A stretch of DNA of 64,000 nucleotides, from the NCBI RefSeq assembly GCF_009914755.1, contig NC_060929.1; one strand, 5' to 3'. The notes under the pieces are model-generated. The model saw only the letters and a list, made by a program, of their open reading frames with translations. It ran no database searches and had not been told where the DNA came from. Origin of the DNA: the human T2T-CHM13v2.0 reference genome, Homo sapiens. Both the position numbers and the translations under genes were made by a program. This document shows, in pieces, positions 54,011-64,000 of the stretch; positions within the stretch are counted from its first letter, which is position 1; the number at the start of each line of letters is the position of its first letter.

Positions 54011-57000
54011 CATTTTCTTTAAAAGCAAATAGTATCTCAATATTGCCTCCTGCAGTCCTGTGGCTCTACTGTTTGACCATGGGAGTATATGTTATCTCTC
54101 CTTATTTATTATCCCCATTTGAAAAATAAAAGTCTTCCTCTTTGGAGATTGAGTGTCGTGTTTATTTTATGCTTGATGATCCCTTGGTTAAGGATGTATT
54201 CATGAGAAATAATCAGTACAAATGACAATATTTATGTTAAGCTCTTTTTTTCTATGAAATTATTCTTTAGAAATTTTGCTGCCTCTAATCTTTCCAATCT
54301 GCCATAAGATTATCCGTGAAATTGCTACAAGATTTGCCAGTGGTCTCACGGGATAGGGGCTGCAGCATGAAAATTACACTACAGTATTTTGAAAAAGTAC
54401 ATCAGAATTAATTCATTGTTGTTTTTCTTCTGATCTGTAAGCAGTTTAAATTCATACTGGCCTCTGCTGTGTGTGGGAGAGATCCATAGATAATTTGTGC
54501 CTTTAATGACAGAGGTTCTCACAATTCTCTACATGAATGTCATGACAGGGAAGACAAAAATCCCTTTTTGCCACTTAGAAATGCAGGACAAAGCAGCTGA
54601 CAAATGTCATCTGGAATTTTATGTCATACAAACACATATTCCCTGTGTCAGCAAGGGTACGCCTATATGATTTTAGCCGTTTCCTTCTAATTTCTCTAGA
54701 AATAATGGGTTAGTTCACACAAGACAGTGTGGAGATTATTGATATAATCACAAATTGAAATGGGACCCTGAGCTCTCTGTTCACAGAAAAACTCGCCTGG
54801 CTTTCTCTGTATTTGAAGTGATTAACGATGGTGCAGCATTGTGGGAAAATGGTATGTCTATAATTATATGAAGCCACAGGAGGGAGAAACCCTTTCTGAA
54901 CCTGGTCTTTGAAGACACCCAAGTTATTTGAGTCTAAGCCATTAGGGGGAAAAACAGGAAGAAAAAAGCAAGAAAACTATAAAAAAAATCAGAATATGTA
55001 GTTGTGACACTGGTCTAGGGAGAGACTGTGTGAGACAGAAACAAAACGGTTGGGGACATGAAAAGGTAACAGACAGCAGGAGATATTGGTTTAGCAGTTA
55101 AACAGGAGACTGTGCAAAGCCAGAGCCCTCATCCCGTTAGCTGACTGGCATCTCCCTGTCATCCCTATCACTCCACCCTCCTTTCTAACCTGTAATATGG
55201 AGACAATATTTCTCACCATCTTTTGTGGGACACAGTGACACAGACAGACTGCTAAAAATAGAAAAGACGATGTCAATATTATAAATAATGACGTAGAATA
55301 GGCTGGTCTTCACTGCAACCTCTCTCTCTCTTTCTGTCTCTCATATTTGTTAACGTACAGGCCTTCTTAAAATGTAGAAAGACTTAGGACTTATGTGCAT
55401 TTCAGAATCACCTGTAAGGTGCAAGCGGCGTCTGGGACACTGTTTTCTCCCCAGCAGTTTTGGTGCCCTGCTCGAAGGAGATGGACTGTATTCTCCGGCT
55501 GCCCAGGGGCAGAGTTGGGGCTGGCCAGAGGATGTGAATACAAACCGGCAGCTTATTTCCATTCCTGACCACTTGGTGACACTCTAGCTTTAGAAACTGC
55601 TCAGCTACAACAAAACCCTGGCATACAGCTTCCTTCTAGGTTGGCTTCTGTGGTTTCAAAGACAGTCATTGTTTTGAAGAAGGTCATTTGGAGAGTTCGG
55701 TGGCTGATGTGATTAGAATGTGTACAGCGAATCGCATTCCAGGTGCTTTGTGTGCTAACACTTAGGTGTTATTACCAGCATTAATTATCCAAGGGACATG
55801 TAACAAACACAGGTGGGCCCTTGTTGGTTCATTTAAAAGGCAAGGCTCTGCAGAATGCAAACCTCCAGGTAGCCACGCTGGCCTTTAATTTGGAGTTTAA
55901 TTTAGGGGTAGCTGGAGCACACCAGACCTCGTCTATTCATAGATTGGATGTCATAAAAAGAAAATTATTTCAATATTAGTTCCTCTCCAACATATGCTGC
56001 ACACACACACTTACCCCTAGAGTAAAAACAGTCGGCAAGAACTTGAAAATGTTGTTAAATATACTTCCTTGCATGTGATAGTTTAGGTTTTTTTCCTACC
56101 CTCATCCTCTTTACTTGCATAACTTTTTATTCATTAGTAAAAATGACATTTTTCTTCACAGAAAGAACCATCTATCAAATGAGTTAACTACCCCCAGGTT
56201 GCAAAACACATCACCCAAAATGACACATCTTCATCTTCATCTTGTTCTCTACCTCCCTTTTTGTTCTGGGACCAAAAGGGATTCGAGGAAGAAATTTGTA
56301 CATTTTTTTTTTTTACAGCATCAAGATGACTTTCTAAAACGGAGGAGATTTCAGTATTTAGCTGAAGGTCCTTGTGTTCTGTTTTAATGGGAGCCTAGGA
56401 GGGGGGTTTGCCCACTTTTAAAGATGCTAGTGAGAGCCGTGCTTTTCTGACTCATTAATTTGGAAAGGCAAGAGGAGGCTGCCATTAAGAAATGTCTTTG
56501 CAATTAATTGCATGTAAAACCAAGTTTTTTTCTGACACATTTATAGAAATTGCTTTACCTTATTTATGCTGATATGCTTCTGCTGGCCTTAGCGTGAGTG
56601 GAACTGGCCCTAGGCAAAATCGAGATGCTGGCAAAATCTGTTTCTAAGCCGCTTCTGATTTTGTTGCTCACCTTTCCCTTCTCTGAATCCAGAACTTCTT
56701 TTTTATTTCCCCTTAAACCTTATTAGTTTTGAGTTCAATTGCCTCTGGCATTCCACTTATGAACGGTGGACTGTCCTTGGGCTTGGGGGTCAGCAAGCTC
56801 TGGTAGGACCCTGACTCTGCCATTTTCTTGCTGTGTAAGTTTAGGGAAATGATTTAATTTTCCCATTTTGAATAATCAGTGAAACACGGTAGGTGAAGCT
56901 TGGTGTCTGGCTTCAGAAGAGTGGAACGCACAAAGTGCTTGTTAAAAATGAAATTTTCTAAATCTTATTGTAGAAAACTGGCTCAGAATTTTAAGGAAAG

Positions 57001-58171
57001 ACTCAGGAATCTGCACTTTTAAAAGTGCTCTAAGAAATTCTCAACACTTACCTAAGTCTGTGAACTCCTGGCTTAAGAAATAAATCTTCCAAGGGGTAAC
57101 TGTCTTTGTAAAAGGATCAGGAAAAACAGCATCACCGAAAGGAGGGGATGAGTAATGGGGGAGGGGGGTTACTTAGATATCATGGTTTTTTTTTGTAGGG
57201 AAGAGATTTGTGGGCAAAACAGGGTGTGATTTGATCAATTTGTGGTCCTGAATCCCATCTAGACAGGAGAAGTTGGGCATTTGATTCAGTATATTGTTTA
57301 GGCAAAGTACACAGTACCTCCTTTCTAAAGTGGAGATGCTAAATCCATTGATTTTATTCCTTCGATGTCATTTTTTCCAACTTTTTAAAAGTTGTTTTCT
57401 GTATTAGATCATTCCTCCCACCTTTGCTGATTAGTAGAGGCTTTTGCTGGACTGTAAGCTCCACGAGGGTGGATACCGTGATTTTGTGCTCCTTTGGGAT
57501 TTCAGGTTCTAGCACAGCACAAGCATGTGTGGTAGGTATCTGGTCAATGAATACCTGAGGTGGGTAGAAAAATTTTCTTAACCTCTAACACGTACTGATC
57601 AATCTTCCCTTTTCTTCGTTCCGTTCACCTTTGTGTATACTTAAGGCCTGAACAGATTGAGATTCAGTGAGCAATAGAACTGTTTCAGGGGAGGTTGATG
57701 CTCTGGATGAAGCTGGGTTGCATGTATTGAAAATCAGGGATGGCTGGATTTATGGAAGGCAGATTTTGAGGGAAATTAATTCAGTATTGGCTTCTGCCTG
57801 GCCATCTTTCTAGTTCAGATCATCTAGGAGATTAAAGATCCACTAACCCAATACCAGTCTGATTTGCAGAGCATGTTGACCATTTGGAAAATTGAGCGAT
57901 GGAGCAAGTTACTCCCTGCCGGGCTTTGATGTTGACCCAGACATTTAGTGCCTAGTGAGAAGATTTTAAGGAGTAACAATAGTGAGGATTGTTTTGAACA
58001 TGTTTAGTATTTCCCTGAGGCGGTAACAACTATCTAATTCTTCTCAGAATTCAATGTACATAGGGGAAATGCAGATTCCTGGGGGCCCCATTCTAGATCA
58101 AACCCATATATTGCAAACCATAGGCCTGGAGGAGAGCAGAAGAGAAGCCCAAGAGATTTAATTGGACTTAG

Positions 58172-58720
<549 letters not shown>

Positions 58721-58909
58721 TGAATCTCATTTGTATCACCTGCAATATGGTTTAAGCAAGCAAACTTCTCTCATGTGCTCTGGCTATCCCTGTGCCCATA
58801 TTTTAAGTGGGTTACAAGAAGAGTTTTGTGGATTTTTGTTATGGTTGACTTTGAATTCTTAATATTAGATGGGTTAGAAGCCCAATTTCTTATTTTCAAC
58901 AGTTGAGGG

Positions 58910-59090
58910 CGGTGATTTTCAAAATGTGGTTCCTGATCTAGTAGTGTCAGAATCCCTGGGACTTGTTAGAAATGAATATTGTGAGCCCACCCCAGACCTA
59001 CTGATAAAATGTTGGTGCGGAGCACAGCAAGCTGTGTTGTAATAAAACCATCCAGACTGTTCTAATGCTGCTCTCGTTTGAGAATGACTG
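58910..59090. mobile_element. MER5A MITE
   Basis: ttcaaaatgtggt...gacttgttagaaatg...ccccagacctactga...tttgagaatgactg. Confidence 0.8.
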
Positions 59091-59204
59091 AACTTTAGGG
59101 AATGTTCTTTATTGGAATAAAATTTTAATGAACACCAATTTGGCTGAATGGATAATCCTTCATATAGCAGAATTTAAGGAGAACAGATAAAGGCCAGTCA
59201 GGGG

Positions 59205-59625
59205 CTGTGTATGGTAAGAGGAGAGTAAGACAGTATCTTGGATCAGCTACATCACAGTTACCTTAATTGTTTTGGCTAGGGCTGACCTTATGCTTATATT
59301 AGAGAAGTTATTTAAGCTCTGAGTTTTGTGGTTCTCGCTTGTAAATTTGGGGGAATAATAGGAGTCCTACTTCACTTGGCTGCTGTGGGGTTAAATGAGG
59401 ATGCATCAAAGTGCCTCATGCAGTCTGGTGTGCCAGGTGTTGGGTGAATGGTCCCTTGTGTACCCTCACTGAGTGATGTGTGATTCCACTAGACTACAAG
59501 CCCAAGGAGGGGCAAGGCCTGCATCTCTTTTGCTCATTGTTACAGCCTTGGAAGCGAAGACAGTTCCTGACCCAGACATTGTTCAATAAATATTGGTTGT
59601 ATGAACAAATGAATGAATGAATGAA
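59205..59625. mobile_element. MIR followed by L2 3' end
   Basis: aagttatttaagctct...ttaaatgagg; ttcaataaatattggttgtatgaacaaatgaatgaatgaatgaa. Confidence 0.65.
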
Positions 59626-61211
59626 AAAAGTAAATGGATGAATGACTACACCAGTTTTGTTTGGATATATTGGCTGATACAGTATATGTATGATGAAACG
59701 TTTACTTTTTGAGGCAGTTTTAACCCATAATAAAAAATTTAAGGGACATACAAGAACTTCCATATCATTAAGTATAAGGGAATAGGGTTCTTGCACTAAA
59801 TGGTGAAATTAAATTAATATGGGTATTTCCTGATTCTGTGTAAGTGATTACATGAAAATTTTCAAAATTTCAAGTTGTGAAATACTGCAGAGATCTATCA
59901 CTGAAAATATTTAGACAGACTGAAATTTAGGGTAGATCAGCTTTGCAAACACATTTTTTCCCCTTTGGTTTCCTTATGAATCATTTGTTTTTGACCCTCA
60001 ACAAATAAAGGTTGCCAGGAAAAAAGAAAGTCTCCAGTGAATTTCTGCCTTTACTTTAATTCATTCCCTTCCTCCTTTTCTTCTTTGTCTTCATTTTCAT
60101 AACCATTTTTTTTCTTATTTGGGTTCCAACTATTTGCCAGTGATGTTAAACACCCTATAGGCTTTACTTTTTTTCTAAATTAATTTTTTACCAACCATAT
60201 TATAACCACTCCATTTTACAGATGGAAAGACTGTGACTCTGACATATAAGTAATGTAAGCAAAACAGGACTGAAACTTAGGTCTGATTTCCCATCCACCC
60301 CATGAGAGCATCTCGTCTCATGCTCTTTTCACTATAGCACCTGGAACAGAGAAACATCTTCATTGCTTTTTGGCTAGATGTGGTTACCTGTTACTCCCAT
60401 ACTTAGGAAGGGTAGATGGGCTTTCCAATTCTTAGAAGACTTGCAGGTGAAAAGGAATGGAGTGAAAGTAGCCAGATCATGTGCCATAGGAGGAGGGAGG
60501 ATGGCCTTTCTTTTTGTCTAAGAAGTGGATGTTCAAACATCAGAATGGAGAAAACTTAAAAGGGAAAGGCTTTGGCGACCTTGGATTTGGGCCAAGGAAC
60601 GCTCTCAATCCTCTTTACTGTTTACTCACCACCCCTTGGTTGCACCTATTCCAAGTTCTATGATTTGAACTTACTTTTTTGTGGGCCTTTGACACTGATT
60701 GTCTGCGCTCTCTCCTGCTTCCCGTTCATTCATGGAAACTTGAAGCTTCTGTCAATGTATGCCTGACAAGTCTAGGCAGAAGTGATCTCTCCACTGCATT
60801 CGTGACTCTGTTTGACATTCATTTGGCACTCAATTACGTATTGCCTTTTGATACCAATAAATTAGCTAAATAAGAACCATTTAATGTTGAATAAGTAGTG
60901 TATTGTTTTCCAGACACAACTGTATTGTAAAGGTTCCATAAAAATAGACATCGCTTAAAATAAACATATGAATGAAATAATAACTAATTTTCATTAAAAA
61001 ACCGGTGTATCAATTTCATCTATTCCTCATATGAATTTGTGTTAACATAGCTGGAAAATGTAGTCCAAAAGGAAAAATAAAAATCAACATAATTCCAGAG
61101 TCCAAAGATAACTATTCTTAAATTTTAAATAGATTGAGGACAGAGACTATTTTTTATAAACCTGAAATGTGTAACAAGGTTCTAGTCACGTAAGGAACAC
61201 TCAGGGTACAT

Positions 61212-61551
61212 TAAAAAATTTTATTTCAATAGTTTTGGGGTGCAGTGGTTTTTTTTGTTACATGGAAGAATTATATAGTGGTGAATTCTGAGATTCTAGT
61301 GCACCTATAACCCCAGTAGTGTACATTGTACCTAATGTGTAGTTTTTTTTAAAAATCTCTACCCTCCCCCTTCCTTCACCCTTCTGAGTCTCTAAAGTCC
61401 ATTTTACCACTCTATGCCTTTGTATCCTCATAGGTTAACTTCAACTTATAGGTGAGAACACATGGTTTTTGGTTTTCCATTCTTGAGTTACTTCACTTAG
61501 TATAATAGCCTCCAACTCCATCTAAGTTGCTGCAAAAGACATTATTTTGTT
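61212..61551 (-). mobile_element. L1PB-type 3' end
   Basis: ttttatttcaatagttttgggg...gagttacttcacttag; TSD ctcagggtacat/ctcaagatacat. Confidence 0.85.
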
Positions 61552-61697
61552 CTCAAGATACATACATTGAATAATCCAGCATGTTCCACAAAACATAGTT
61601 GATTAAACATAATTGATTAAGCTTACGAGAGAGCTGAATCGTATTTTCTTGACTTGACTGTTGACTTTCGCTCCTTCTTTTCTTTTTACACAGCTGA

Positions 61698-61738
61698 CTG
61701 TCCAATATGACTTCTGTCCAATATGACTTCTGCCCAAT
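61698..61738. repeat. 16-bp tandem repeat, ~2.5 copies
   Basis: ctgtccaatatgactt ctgtccaatatgactt ctgcccaat. Confidence 0.85.
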
Positions 61739-62184
61739 GATGTCAGAGACTGTTGTTATGTAGAACTTCTACTCATAGGAAAAATCACACTTCCCTTGGC
61801 CAACACTTTACTTTTTGTTTTAAGAAACCAGAAAGGCTATGTTCTAATGTTTTCTTAAGTAAAACTTCCAGGCCCTAACAAGTTGCATTTTTAGAAAAAT
61901 CTTACTCAACTTAACTCCCCGTGGTTCTGTAATGTCATCTATAGAAAAATATCTTGAAATAGCTGTGTCTCTTTGTGTCTGAAAGATTGCTCTTTCCTTG
62001 GTCCATGAAGATTTATAATTATGTTGATTTAAAAAAACCCTCCAGCTTTGACCATATTTCCCTCTCCCGTTGAATTCTTGATCTTTTATGATGAAAAGAT
62101 ACATGCTTTTTTCTGGATCCTTCTCTTTCTTTTTTTCTCACCCTTTCATCAAAACGGGATGTTTTGCCAATAGCTTTACTGGTA

Positions 62185-62420
62185 GTACTATAAAAAGTCA
62201 TGGCTGAGAGCCTAAGATTTTGGAGTTTCAAGTCCTTACTTCATCACTGTTTAGCACTGTGATCCTGGGCGAGTTACTTAACTGCCTCAGTTTTCACATA
62301 TGGACAATTGCAACAATAATATTAACTACCTCACAGAAATATTCTGATGTTTATAAAAGACATTATATGATAAGAGGCTTAGCATACTGCCTGATTGGTG
62401 CCTCAACATAAGAAGAGCTG
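62185..62420 (+). mobile_element. MIR
   Basis: ctgtgatcctgggcgagttacttaactgcctcagtttt. Confidence 0.8.
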
Positions 62421-62619
62421 TCTTTCCCCCAAAATATCATCCTCCAGAAGATGGGGTGGCTTTTACTACAAAGTTATTATGGAATCTCCCATAAGAGTTG
62501 TGCTGTACAATAGCACATAAAACCACAGAAACCCTAATGACCTCAGTGAATGCGAGTTTTCCATACCTAAAGCGATCATCTGCCATGATAGGTTTAGAAA
62601 AGAAGCCTCCCAAATTAAG

Positions 62620-63090
62620 AAATAATTAGTAAATGTTCCTGGAGATTTCACATTATGACTTCAAGTATTGCATGTCACTGTGAACAAAATCTTTAAAGAG
62701 TCTTTAAAAAGGAAAATTCTGTGTGTTTGGGTTGTGGAGATTAGGTATCTACTTCTATAGGATGAAGAGAAAATGCCTCAATGTAATGCTGATGAGTACT
62801 TGAGGCAGGAGGTGATATTGCTACCAGTCGCATCATGCACAATTTCAAACAACTTAGATGGAAGAGAATATAATGAGTGCTAGAAGACTGTTAGACATCT
62901 CAAAATATGCATCCAGAGATGATAATGACATGATGATGAAGACGCATGTGAAGAATTCCAAGAAAGTTATTCCAAGTATTGTGAGGATAGTAAGGAGTAA
63001 TATATCTAAACTATGTCTAAATTAATGTACTTCATACAATATGTGATTTTAAATACACTTGCATATAGAAGTGTACAAAAAATAAACCTT
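62620..63090 (+). mobile_element. pogo/TcMar transposase 3' fossil
   Basis: Broken frames LVNVPGDFTL*LQVLHVTVNKIFKESLK, VLEAGGDIATSRIMHNFK, ISNNLDGRE. Confidence 0.65.
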
Positions 63091-63559
63091 AGAGGAAAAT
63101 ATTTAACTTTTTGTCTCTAAGTTGAAGTTAATATACTGAAGTTGGCTAAAAAACATTTTGGGAATCTTCATATTGAGAAAATGGAGGACTCATATTCTGG
63201 GCCACCGTCTGTTCTAGCATATATGGTAAAGAGTACTAAAAGATTAGCCCCAATCATAGCAGCAACATTTCAAAAAAGATCAAGTCTCTTTAAAAAGTAA
63301 TCAGTCTGATATTTTGAACTGGAATATGCATATCTTTTGTCATGGGGATTCCTTTTTTTTAAAAATTCAACATTATCTCATTCTATTGATCTTTGAAGCT
63401 ATCAAATTATGCTTCCTCGATTACCATTTTTCTCCTATTTCAGCCCACCACCTTTGCACACATTCCCTAACCACACACATATTTTTTCATGCTATAAAAA
63501 TAAATCACTCTATAACTTTTATGTTGGTATATTTCATGGTAGAGTGTTATTCATAACAT

Positions 63560-63805
63560 TCCTGTTTAGTGTATTCTATGTGCCAGTCACTGTTTTAAGA
63601 ACCTTATGATCATCCTGTTTAATCCTCACAACCACTTTCTCAGATGGACACTACTCTTATCCCATTTGAAACAAGAATAACTGAGGCACAAAGAAGTAAA
63701 GCAATTTTCTCTAGGTCACATAGCCTATAAGCAGTACAGCCGGTGTTTGAATTTAGAGTCTGACTTCAAAATCTCAGGCCTTAACCACAATCCTATACCC
63801 CTCCA
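63560..63805 (-). mobile_element. MIR, near full length
   Basis: tttaatcctcacaacc...aactgaggcaca...aggtcacatagc...tctgacttcaaa. Confidence 0.85.
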
Positions 63806-64000
63806 CTGGCTAGGCAGTCTTGTTTATGTTTATTTAATAAGAAGACAACTTTTTAATTACAAAAATTGCACATGTTAAATGTTAAAAAGCCATAGTAAAA
63901 TTGCTAAATTTTTAAAACCTCAAACAATGGTAAAACACAAGTTGAGAATGAAAACCCCTCCTCCACTTACCAATTTTCATAGAGATGACTATTATTAAAA

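Overview
This is human non-coding DNA (intronic or intergenic), AT-rich and CpG-poor. The species call rests on a near-consensus AluYb8 at 13711-14040. The window is dominated by transposable elements: 12 Alu-family copies, many L1/L2/L3/MIR fragments, MaLR/ERV solo LTRs and DNA-transposon fossils. I found no supportable protein-coding gene, RNA gene, CpG island or CRISPR array, and the longer ORFs are L1 ORF2 pieces, antisense Alu or simple repeats. I see no evidence for a new multi-gene system; the interesting signal is structural. (1) A ~1.6 kb L1PA2 insertion combines a twin-primed 5' inversion with a ~0.8 kb 3' transduction inside one 14-bp TSD. (2) A ~120-bp, >90% identical inverted duplication of an L2 tail. 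(3) A decayed Ty3/Gypsy-type gag-zinc knuckle-protease fossil. (4) A rare 5'-inverted Alu. (5) A tail-less internal L1 patch at a deletion. (6) A probable older L1PB 3' transduction, a half MADE1, a pogo transposase fossil and several perfect hairpins. Repeat subfamily names come from my recall of consensus sequences, and boundaries of old repeats are approximate.
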